Assembly (NCBI GenBank): GCA_022564635.1
Contig: JADFLA010000003.1
Span: 1 to 53,729 of the forward strand
DNA: 53,729 nucleotides
Origin: Nanobdellota archaeon
Lineage (GTDB): Archaea; Nanobdellota; Nanobdellia; Woesearchaeales; GW2011-AR4
Direction of reading: 5' to 3'
Position numbers and translations under genes: made by a program. The notes below the pieces were generated by a model, which saw nothing but the letters and a program-made list of their open reading frames with translations, was not told the origin of the DNA and made no database searches. Positions 25,869-35,500 of this stretch are shown piece after piece. Positions within the stretch are counted from its first letter, which is position 1. Each line of letters begins with the position of its first letter.

Positions 25869-27074
25869 ATGAGTTTGGATTTGAATACTGGAATTGGTGT
25901 AAGTGTTTTAACGGATTCTTATAAGGCTGGTGCTGAGGCAGCTGGAAAAGCACTTAAAGAACTTGGCCAAAAAAAAGCTGATGTGTTAATGGTGTTTGCT
26001 GCGCCAAAATTTAAGCAGCAGAAGATGGTGAATGGTATAAAATCTGTAACAAAAAATATACCAATGATAGGCGGGACAACTGCTGGAGAAATATCTACAC
26101 AAGGATTAAGTGTAAAATCAGTTGTTGTTATGGCTATTAACTCGAAAGACATAGAATTCTATGTTGGTCAAGGTAAAAATATAGCTAAGAATGAGGTTAA
26201 TGCTGGTAAGCAGTTGGCAAAAAACGTCCTTAAGAAAGCATCCAAGAAAAATGCCAATACATTAGTAATGCTGCCAGATGGATTAGCTGGAGATGGGTTG
26301 GCCGTTATACAAGGAGCACAAAAAGTTTTGGGAGAGAGCTTTGAGATTGTTGGTGGATCTTTAGGGGATGAATCCGATTTTAAACATACATATCAATATT
26401 ATAATGGAAAAGTCTATGATAATACTGTTGTGGGAATGTTAATTTGTGGTGGTAAAAAAATAAAAACAGCAACCGGAGTTAGAAGCGGATGGGAGTCAAT
26501 TGGTAATAGATTTAAATCCACAAAATCAAAAGGCAATGTTGTGTATAAGTTTGGAAACAAAAAAGCATTGGATTTTTATAGGGAGTTACTGGGTAAGGAA
26601 AGAGGAAAGAAATTACCGGCAATTGGCTTAGAGTATCCTATGGGACTAATTGATGAAAGAGCTAAGATAGAAGGCTATGATTATTTCCAGATAAGATGTC
26701 CGGTTGGGATAGATGAAAAAGCAGGTAGTGTTACTTTTGCAGCATCTATACCTGAGGGCAAGGAAGTAACATTGACATATTCTTCTAGGTCGACAATAAT
26801 TAACGGCTCTAAGCTTTCAGCTATGCAAGCTAAAAAAACCTTAAAGGGAAAAGCAAGGTTAATTATGATGTTCAGTTGTGTAGCTAGAAAAATGGTGCTA
26901 GGGAGAAGAACAAATGAAGAGGTGAATTTAGTTAAAAGTGTTTTTGGAAAAAATGTACCAATTGTTGGTTTTTACACTTATGGAGAAATAGGACCTATTG
27001 ACAAAAGAGTTCCTACATTAAGAAACACAAGATGGCATAATGAAACTGTTGTACTATATGTATTGGGAGAATAG
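25869..27074 (+). CDS. FIST signal transduction protein (FIST_N + FIST_C)
   Basis: GGTTAGEI, GGSLGD, SCVAR, GFYTYGEI and HNET motifs; AGGTGA SD. Confidence 0.92.
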   Translation: MSLDLNTGIGVSVLTDSYKAGAEAAGKALKELGQKKADVLMVFAAPKFKQQKMVNGIKSVTKNIPMIGGTTAGEISTQGLSVKSVVVMAINSKDIEFYVGQGKNIAKNEVNAGKQLAKNVLKKASKKNANTLVMLPDGLAGDGLAVIQGAQKVLGESFEIVGGSLGDESDFKHTYQYYNGKVYDNTVVGMLICGGKKIKTATGVRSGWESIGNRFKSTKSKGNVVYKFGNKKALDFYRELLGKERGKKLPAIGLEYPMGLIDERAKIEGYDYFQIRCPVGIDEKAGSVTFAASIPEGKEVTLTYSSRSTIINGSKLSAMQAKKTLKGKARLIMMFSCVARKMVLGRRTNEEVNLVKSVFGKNVPIVGFYTYGEIGPIDKRVPTLRNTRWHNETVVLYVLGE

Positions 27075-27197
27075 ATTTGAAAACCTTGATTATAGATTAA
27101 AAGGGATTATTGCGGTTTTTTGGGTTCAATAATAAGCAAAATTATAGCTGATTAATATTTCTCATTTTTCTTTTTTAAATTTAAGTAAAAGACTAAG

Positions 27198-28928
27198 ATG
27201 AAAAAAATAAGAGGGAAATTAAGAAAAGATAAGGTAAAAGCAACAGTTAAAACAAGTGGTTATATTACTGAACGCAAGGAAGCAGAGAGAGCATTGCGGA
27301 AGAGTGAGGAAAAATATATATCAATTACAGAATCAGTTCCCCTTGGGATAGAGGAAATAGATACTAATGGAATAATAACTTTTTCTAATTCAGCGCAACA
27401 CAAAATGTATGGTTATGCTAAAGGAAAATTGATAGGAAGATCAATACTTGATTTTGTTCCTGGTCCTGAGAAAGAAAAGTTGCGCAAGTATCTGAAGTTT
27501 TTGGTGGAGAAACAGCCTAAACCTGTTCCCTATTTTGGAAAGAAAATAACAAAAAAAGGAAAAATTATAGATGTTCAAGTGTCTTGGAATTACAAGCGTG
27601 ACAAAGAAGGACGCGTCATAGGTTTCAATTCTGTCATTACAGATATCACTAAACGGAAAAAAGCAGAGGAAAAACTACTACAACAAGCTGTTTTTATGAA
27701 AAACAATCCGGCCCCTGTTCTTAGAATGGGGTATGACGGTAAGATTATTGAAATTAATCCGGCAGCTAAAAAATTGTTTAAAAAAGACTTAGTGGGTATA
27801 TCGATACATAATATTTTTTCTTATATTAGCAAATCTGTAATTGCAAGCTTACTTATGGTAGACACGTTTCAATTTGAACAAAGAATTGGTAAAGAAACTT
27901 TCTCATTTATATTAAATAGAGATGAGCCAACACATTCATACTGTTTTTATGGTAGTGAAGTTACAGAGAGAGAAAAATCAGCAGAAATGTTAAAAGAACA
28001 AAATAAAGATCTTTTGAGAAAAAGTATGGATTTAACGGAACTTGGAGGACAGCTTGAGGACAGGAATTATGAATTAGAATCTGCAATTAAGAGTATAAAT
28101 AAACAAAATAAAGATCTTGTAAAAACGTCTATGGCTTTAACAGAACTCAGAGGACAGCTTGAGGACAAGAATTATGAATTACAACAAGCAAATAAAGAAA
28201 TTTTGAGCCTTATGGAGGCTAGGACCGATTTTATTAATAAAGCTGCTCATGATTTAAGAACACCTATTACCCCAATATTAGTCCTGCTTCCAACAATTAA
28301 AAAACGCATAAAGGATATTGGAGTTTTATTTGATCTAAAGGTTATTGAAAGAAATGCAAATTATTTGAAAAACATAGCAGACAATCTTATTAGCTACTTA
28401 AAATCGAATACTCAAAAATACGATTATAATTTCAAAAAAACTGATATAAGAGAATTAATAGAAGATGTGCTCATAACTTATAGGGAGGTATTCAAACAAC
28501 GCAAAATATCTATAATAAAAAAATTTTCCGGAAATCTTCCTCTTATTAAATTAGATGGACTTAAGATTACAGAGGTACTTCAAAACATTGTTTCAAATTC
28601 AATAAAGTTTATGCCTAGAGTAGGAAAATTAACTATTAGTGTAAAAAAAATGGATAATTTTATAAATATTAGATTTAAAGATACTGGTATTGGAATTAAA
28701 AAAGAAAATTTAGAGGAGATATTTATAGAATTTTTTAAAGCTGATGTGTCCAGACATACTGCAGGTGAGGGACTTGGTCTTTCAATATGCAAAGGAATTA
28801 TAGAGGACCATCATGGCAAAATATGGGCTGAAAGTAAGGGTCTAGGAAAAGGAACCACAGTATCTTTTAATATTCCAATAACACAAAAAAAGGTGAAGTT
28901 ATATGAAAAACAAACCGAAGAAAAATAA
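27198..28928 (+). CDS. Cytoplasmic PAS-PAS histidine kinase
   Basis: PAS/PAC (DITKRKKAEE), HisKA AAHDLRTP, N box NIVSNSIKF, DTGIGI, GEGLGL; no TM. Confidence 0.93.
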   Translation: MKKIRGKLRKDKVKATVKTSGYITERKEAERALRKSEEKYISITESVPLGIEEIDTNGIITFSNSAQHKMYGYAKGKLIGRSILDFVPGPEKEKLRKYLKFLVEKQPKPVPYFGKKITKKGKIIDVQVSWNYKRDKEGRVIGFNSVITDITKRKKAEEKLLQQAVFMKNNPAPVLRMGYDGKIIEINPAAKKLFKKDLVGISIHNIFSYISKSVIASLLMVDTFQFEQRIGKETFSFILNRDEPTHSYCFYGSEVTEREKSAEMLKEQNKDLLRKSMDLTELGGQLEDRNYELESAIKSINKQNKDLVKTSMALTELRGQLEDKNYELQQANKEILSLMEARTDFINKAAHDLRTPITPILVLLPTIKKRIKDIGVLFDLKVIERNANYLKNIADNLISYLKSNTQKYDYNFKKTDIRELIEDVLITYREVFKQRKISIIKKFSGNLPLIKLDGLKITEVLQNIVSNSIKFMPRVGKLTISVKKMDNFINIRFKDTGIGIKKENLEEIFIEFFKADVSRHTAGEGLGLSICKGIIEDHHGKIWAESKGLGKGTTVSFNIPITQKKVKLYEKQTEEK

Positions 28929-29307
28929 GAAGGTTATCTTGTTGGTTGATGACAATCCTGATCTGCTATATAGCGTCAAAAAAGGGTTAGAGTCTATTAG
29001 CAAAGATTTTAAAGTAGTTACTGTAGAGAGCGGCAAGGAATGCCTGCAATCATTAAAGAAGATTAGACCAGACCTAATTTTATTAGATATAATGATGCCA
29101 GATATGGATGGCTGGGATACTTGCGCTAAAATTAAAAGCGATAAAAAAACAGAAAATATACCTATAGTTTTCTTAACAGCAAAAACTGATCCAGTAAGCA
29201 GGAGTATGGGTGGACTTGCATCTGCGGATTATATAACCAAGCCATTTGATATGAAAGACTTGAAAAAAAGAATTGATTTTGTTATTAGGTCAAAAAATGA
29301 GAAATGA
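28903..29307 (+). CDS. Stand-alone response regulator receiver (REC1)
   Basis: VDDN, DLILLDIMMP, FLTAK and KPF motifs. Confidence 0.95.
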   Translation: MKNKPKKNKKVILLVDDNPDLLYSVKKGLESISKDFKVVTVESGKECLQSLKKIRPDLILLDIMMPDMDGWDTCAKIKSDKKTENIPIVFLTAKTDPVSRSMGGLASADYITKPFDMKDLKKRIDFVIRSKNEK

Positions 29308-29648
29308 AAATCAAAAATATGACAAATCAGATTGTTACTAGAGATTTTTTTAAAACTACTATGGACATTATAGCGGAAAGTACCTCGCGTAGTTATAGTG
29401 CGGTTGTTATAGAAGGGGTTAAAGAACAACTAGGAGAGGAATTTAAGTTCTCAAAAAGTATTCGTATAATAGGCAAATCAATCGAAGTTGATGAGACAAT
29501 TAATTCTGTAGGCGAAATACAATTAAGAAAATTTTTTACAAAAGTTGTTAATATGATGGGAGCTAATTACTTGAAAATGCTGTTGGCCCAAAAACTTGAT
29601 ACAAAAGCCTTAAATTATTTAGAAAATCTTGGATTAAGGTTTGGTTAA
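29304..29648 (+). CDS. Unknown ~110-aa protein, paralogue 2 of 3
   Basis: ATGA overlap with REC1; similar to 25401 and 43826 ORFs. Confidence 0.8.
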   Translation: MKIKNMTNQIVTRDFFKTTMDIIAESTSRSYSAVVIEGVKEQLGEEFKFSKSIRIIGKSIEVDETINSVGEIQLRKFFTKVVNMMGANYLKMLLAQKLDTKALNYLENLGLRFG

Positions 29649-29671
29649 ATAATAATAAAAAAGAACGGATA

Positions 29672-29831
29672 ATGGAAGATGAAAAACTTGAAAATATCAA
29701 TATAACATATCTAACTATTCTTACATTTTCAAAGAATCAAAAACAGAAACTAAAAAAAATTGGATCATATACAAAAATCATTTGATAATAAAGAATTAAT
29801 TACAAGTGTTAATAGGATAACTAAGAAATAA
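29672..29831 (+). pseudogene. Frameshifted remnant of the C-terminal half of a receiver domain
   Basis: MEDEKLENINITYLTILTFSKNQKQKLKK, frameshift in A8 (29752-29759), then LDHIQKSFDNKELITSVNRITKK. Aligns to the C-half of REC3. Confidence 0.6.
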
Positions 29832-29836
29832 GGGAG

Positions 29837-30217
29837 ATGATAAAAATGGCAAAAAAAACAATAATGATAGTTGATGATGAACCACCTATTAACAAGGTAA
29901 TTGAAGATATTTTAGAACCTGAAGGTTATAATGTGGTATCAGCATTAAGTGGTCCTGAAGCTTTAGATAAGCTAAAAAAAGTAAAACCGCATCTTATTTT
30001 AATTGATTTCTTCATGCCTGGAATGTCTGGAAGAGAGCTATGCGTAAAAATAAGAGCAGATAGTAAATTAAAAGATCTTAAGGTGGCATTTATAACAGCT
30101 GCGACATTCTCAGCATCGGGTAGGGACGAACTAGAAAAAATGAATGTTCTAGATACTATAAATAAACCATTTGACTATAAAGATTTGATTCAAAGAGTAA
30201 AGAAGATGGTCGGGTAA
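29837..30217 (+). CDS. Stand-alone response regulator receiver (REC3)
   Basis: VDDEP, LILIDFFMP, FITA and KPF motifs. Confidence 0.94.
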   Translation: MIKMAKKTIMIVDDEPPINKVIEDILEPEGYNVVSALSGPEALDKLKKVKPHLILIDFFMPGMSGRELCVKIRADSKLKDLKVAFITAATFSASGRDELEKMNVLDTINKPFDYKDLIQRVKKMVG

Positions 30218-30244
30218 ATAGGAGTAATAATTGGGTAAGATAAA

Positions 30245-31015
30245 ATGCCAAAAAAAGATAAGTACTTAAAAACAGGTATTGCCGGATTTGATATTCTATT
30301 TGAGCATGGTATACCTAAAGGTAAGGCTATATTAATTGAAGGCTCTGCTGGAACTGGAAAGACAATTTTTTGTCTGCAAACGGCATATAACACATGTAGA
30401 ATGGGTAAAAAAGTGTTGTATATGAGTTTTGAAGAGTCTGAAGATAGCTTAATAGAGCATATGGAAGATTTTGGGTGGAATGCAATTGAAATGCAAAAAA
30501 GAGGCCTGTTGCGAATAACTAGATTTAGCGCTATAGACATAGCAAGGTCTGTTGAGGCTTTGCTTAGTGAGGCAAAAAAGGAACTTTTAATAACTACTGA
30601 AACAGTTCTCTTTCCTCACGACTTTGATCCAGAAGTGATAGTTATAGATTCCCTTACAGCAATTGCTTCAGCCTTTAGTGGAGAAGATTATAGGTTTCGC
30701 ATTTATATTGAACAACTTTTTAGATATCTTGAAAAGAAAAAAATTACCAGTTATTTAATAAAAGAAACTCCTGCTCCAACCCATATAGGCGGTGTTTATA
30801 AAGATGAGCATGGGCCGATAGCTTTTTTAGCAGATGGTATAATATGTATATATAATGTGGTCTATACTGGGGGAAAGAGAGGAGGTGCTATAGAGATTTT
30901 AAAAATGAGGGGTGAAAGTTTTAAAAAAATAACAGTAAAAATAGAAATAAAATCTAAAAGTGGATTAATTGTTTATCCTAACCAAGAACTTAAGGGAAAT
31001 TATGTACTTACTTGA
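30245..31015 (+). CDS. Single-domain KaiC/RAD55-like ATPase
   Basis: TGIAGFD, Walker A GSAGTGKT, SFEES, VIDS, LADG and ILKMRG motifs. Confidence 0.92.
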   Translation: MPKKDKYLKTGIAGFDILFEHGIPKGKAILIEGSAGTGKTIFCLQTAYNTCRMGKKVLYMSFEESEDSLIEHMEDFGWNAIEMQKRGLLRITRFSAIDIARSVEALLSEAKKELLITTETVLFPHDFDPEVIVIDSLTAIASAFSGEDYRFRIYIEQLFRYLEKKKITSYLIKETPAPTHIGGVYKDEHGPIAFLADGIICIYNVVYTGGKRGGAIEILKMRGESFKKITVKIEIKSKSGLIVYPNQELKGNYVLT

Positions 31016-31062
31016 ATTTGATATTTTTTCTATTTATATTATGAACCTATACCTCCTTCTAA

Positions 31063-32565
31063 CTATGATGGCGGAGGTGGAGGTAGTATTTCAATAGATT
31101 TCTTCTTTTTTATTTCTTTTTGTTTCTTCTTTTCTAATTTTTCCTCTTCTGTCTTTACCAAACTAATACTATGGAATAGAGAATAGATTTTTTGCTTCAA
31201 ATTATTTTTAAATAATATGATTTTTTGTTTTCTGAGGTACCTAATCCTAGGTAAATCTTCTTGTTCCCTTTTTTGTCTTAATAACTTCCTATATTCTATT
31301 GCACTTTCAATTCTTTTGATTAAACTGTCTACGTATAGTTTTAATCTGATAATTTTATTTGATATGAACATTTGTAAAGGCTGCAAAAATTTAAATCTTT
31401 TTTCTTTCTCTATCTGAGGCTCTTCCTTTTTTCTCTTTTTCCTTATATAAATATATAAAAATATTGCAGATAAAATTAATATGCTTGCTATAACTAAAGC
31501 AATAACACCAAAAGTACCAATTATTAAATTTAAAGCTTCCGCAACATTTAAACCAATCTTTTTGATAAATTCTAATATTTCAGAATAGGAAGCTATCTTA
31601 AAATATATAATTAAGAATATTACTGCTGCTATAAAGGCTAGTAAAGATATAGCAATTATAATAATTCTCTTACGTAATTTAAGCTTCTCGGTTTTAACTT
31701 CTTCCTCTGCCAGTCCTTTTATCCTTTCTCTCTCTTCAATTAGCAACGGAATTTGCCGTTCTATATCCCTTATTAATTCTCCAAATTTCTCTATTCTTAT
31801 ATGATACAATTCTTCAGGTATTTTGAAGAGATGAAAATATTCGTATTGGGTTTGCTTTATGAGGTTTTTCAAAACTTCTTTTTCAAAATTCAAATCTTTT
31901 ATTTTTCTATTAATTAAATATATAGCAATTCTTTTATGAGAGAACGAGTAAACAATGCTAATAATAACAATTGTAAAGGTTATCTCTTTCCATCTGTCCT
32001 TGAAAAAATCAACAACAGTCTTTGTGCTTGCTTCATAAATTGCCCTAAATCTTGTTTGCAAAGCCTGTTCTTCACTTATTTTTACATAGGCTTCTTCTAC
32101 CAGCTCAGCTACTTTGTCGTATCTTTCATCAGCAAATTCCTCTTTTGCTTTATTAAATATGGCAAATGCTTCACTTTCGTATCCTGTTTCTTTAAGCCTT
32201 GTTTCAAGAGCTTTTAACTCATCACTCATTTCTTCAGCTTGTTCTCTTAGCTCTGTTATTTCTTTTGTTCTTTCTAAAATAAGGGAATAATCAGGTGTGC
32301 CTCCTGCTTTCTCTAAAGCATACTGAGCTTCAAATAGCTGCTGAGCTTGACTTAAAGTGTCGTTTATTCTCAAAACACTATAGCCGGTATCTATTGTCTC
32401 TTGCAAATCTATTCTTGACTGGTTAAGTGCTTTGACTGTCTCATTATAACCTTGAGCTTTTATTGGATCCAGACTTATTATTAATAAAAAAAACATACTT
32501 AAAATTAAAATAAAAATTTTCACTTTTGTCATTTTATTTCTTGGCTTTTTTATTTTCATCCTCAT
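31063..32565 (-). CDS. Multi-TM helical membrane protein (500 aa)
   Basis: Signal peptide, helical ectodomain, TM, LIKQTQYEYF module, two further TMs, basic tail. Confidence 0.75.
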   Translation of the reverse strand: MRMKIKKPRNKMTKVKIFILILSMFFLLIISLDPIKAQGYNETVKALNQSRIDLQETIDTGYSVLRINDTLSQAQQLFEAQYALEKAGGTPDYSLILERTKEITELREQAEEMSDELKALETRLKETGYESEAFAIFNKAKEEFADERYDKVAELVEEAYVKISEEQALQTRFRAIYEASTKTVVDFFKDRWKEITFTIVIISIVYSFSHKRIAIYLINRKIKDLNFEKEVLKNLIKQTQYEYFHLFKIPEELYHIRIEKFGELIRDIERQIPLLIEERERIKGLAEEEVKTEKLKLRKRIIIIAISLLAFIAAVIFLIIYFKIASYSEILEFIKKIGLNVAEALNLIIGTFGVIALVIASILILSAIFLYIYIRKKRKKEEPQIEKEKRFKFLQPLQMFISNKIIRLKLYVDSLIKRIESAIEYRKLLRQKREQEDLPRIRYLRKQKIILFKNNLKQKIYSLFHSISLVKTEEEKLEKKKQKEIKKKKSIEILPPPPPS

Positions 32566-32589
32566 TTTTAATTATGTGCATAAAAATAA

Positions 32590-35500
32590 TTATTTTGTAA
32601 ATTTATCTGCTGTTTTTCTTTCATAATACAAATCCTTAATATGAGGATAAATTCTTACTTTGTTTTTCTGATCTAATCCATTATACATGCTCATAATTTC
32701 TATGTAGATTCTTTTTGCATCATTAAATTTAAAGTCCATCAATGCAAGCCTTGCTTTGTGTATTTTCTCTTTTATTGCATTAATACTGTCTGTTTTTACT
32801 TTTGCTTTTTTTACTTCTGGTTTGAGTTTTACTGGAGGTATTTTAATATGTTCAACTGCTTTTCCCTTTCTCTTGAATAAATCCCCTATGACAGAAAACC
32901 TTTTCTTTTCCTCTCTTTTCTTCTCAAGCTTTTTCTGGTGTTCTCTTTCTTTTTCTTCATGTTTTTCTTTTAATTCTTCTTGTATTTCTTTCTCTTTTCT
33001 TATCCTTTCCTCGTCTTTCCTTCTTTTTTCTAACTCTTTTTGTCTTTGTTTTCTAAATTCTTTTCTTCTCTTTTCTTCCCTTAACCTTTCCTTTCTCTCT
33101 TTTTCCGGTAATTTTTCCTCTTCTAGTAATTGAGAAGGTGCTTGTGGGGTTGATAATTCTATAGACTCGGTTTTCCTCAATTTTATCTGCATTTCTTCCT
33201 TCTTTTGTTTTTTTAGTAATTTCAATGGCCTTATTTCTTCCATTATTTTTATTAAATTTTCAAAAAATAAACTTATTCTAGAAATTATTACTGTTTTTTT
33301 ATGCTCCTTTGCTTTTTCTTTTGGTTTCTCTTTTTTGGGTTTTAATTTAATTCCAAACAAACTTAAAAATTTTAACCTTCTTTCTTTCCTTATAGCAGCT
33401 TCGGCCTCTTTTAATATTATCTTTCCCTCTACCTCACTTAACTTAGTAGAATAGTTGTGTATCTTCCTCTTGTATACCCCAGTTTCCTGTTGTCCTTTTA
33501 CGATGTATTCATCCTGTGTTTGTTTTATTAAATCAAGCAATCTTTTACGTTCTAGAGACAATCTATGAAGAGCAGGTCTTACCAAAGAGGCTTTTAGGCT
33601 TTCTAATTCTAATATTTTTTGAATAACATCGCTTAGTTTCTTTTCATATTGTAGCATTGTTATGTTATACTGCGCCATATCTATTGTCTTTTTTTCAAAA
33701 CATTCACGCTGTGCAGTCTGCATTAAACCCCTTAAAATTCCTCTTTCCTTGAGTGAATTTCTCAGATCATAATTTATTTTTTCAATCTTTATTTTGAAGA
33801 ATATACTCAGAGCAAAAATTAGAATGTAAAATGCCATAAAGCTTGCTAATAGACGATTTCTTTTGATAAAATCCAATATAGAAAACTTACCTTTTGTTTC
33901 CAAGGCGAATGTTAGCTCAATTTCCTTGAGCCTTGCAAAAGCAGTGAAGTAATCTTCTCTTTCTAACGCTGATAGGGTAAGCGAAACTAATCTTTGTGTA
34001 TCTGGAGTTTCTATCCCTCTCTCTTTGGCCTTAGCAATTTTAACAGTAAATTCCTGTATTTTTTCATATGCTTGTAAAGCTCTTGCAACCTTTTCTTTTA
34101 TTAAATCATGCAGTTCTTGAACAGCTTCATAGTCTGTAGCCTTTAATTTATCTTTACTGTCAGCTAAAAGTTTTCTTAGTTTTTTAGTACTTAAATTTAG
34201 ATCCTCTAATATAATAATTTCATTTAAACTTAAATTTATAAGCTTAGCAGCATCTTCCCTACTTAACTCATGAATGGCAAGCAATACTTTTCTTTTTTCT
34301 GAAAAATGTATTGTTTGCGTTGAGTTTGTTTCAGCAAATTTCTTAATATATATTGCATCTATTGTAAAATATAAAGTCCACTCTCCTTTGGTAAAGTATC
34401 TTGGAGCAGTAATACGAATTATCACGTTAGCAGAGCTGTTAGGAGCAATTTCTGAAGGTATGTTAGTTAGTTCAATATATTGGGCTAAAAATCCTGTAAC
34501 AGCAACACTAATATTCTGTAGAGGCCAATCGAAATCATTATTTATAGGCAAGATAAAGTCTTCATCTTCCCCTCTAACAAGTTCGTATACTGCTTCTGTT
34601 TCAATCTCTTGTTCTTGAATGAGACCAGCTCCGATTCCTCCTCCTCCACCACCACCACCTCCACCACCACCACCTCCGCTTACAACTGTTGTTATGGTTA
34701 TGGTAGTAGCAGCTGTTGATGTTTCTGTAACAACTATAGAAGCTGCTGCACTACCACTTCCGCTGTTATTTGATGCTGCTGTTACATTTACCTTTTGAGT
34801 CCCTGTAGCAGCATTAGAAGTAAGATTTACAGTTATGTTATGATAAACTATCTCTTGAACTGAAACATTGGTAAAATTCTGATTTAATCTTCCTGTAATA
34901 TTGTTCCATTCACTTGGTAATGTCCAATTTACATAGGTAAAGCCTGCTGTTTCATTACCTATATTTTTTATTGAAGCATTTAAATGATGCACTCCAGGAT
35001 CGCTTTTGTTGGCTTCTGTTGGAGGATTTATTATAGTAACATCAAAAACAGGACCTCCTAGAAATACAGTTATTTTAGCCGAGGTTATTTCTGAATCTGG
35101 AACTGCGTCAGTTGTTGTGGCATCTATTGTTAACTCGGCATCAAATACACTTGTAGTTGTCCCTGCATCTGCAGTTACTTCAACAACTTCATAATCTTTA
35201 GCAGCTAAATCAAATGGTTCTGTTTTATTAAAGGAAGTACCCGTAAAACGGGATGATAAATCAAAGGTCAATAGGGAATCTCCTGAATTGTTTATGGTTA
35301 AATTTCCAATGGAACATGTTGTAGAAACTGGACAAGCTATAGCAGTAAATTTATTAGGTATCCTATTCCATGTAAGCTCTTGTTCTACAGAAATATTTGT
35401 AATTTTTGAAGTAGCGTTAAATCCTACATGATCAGTTACATTAATGAAATAACTCCAATTACCGGTTTCATCTGGTGTAAACGAAGTATTAAATAATCCA

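Noticed and set aside
30245-31015. Circadian clock system
   Set aside because: Single domain, no S/T phospho-sites, and no kaiA or kaiB in the window.
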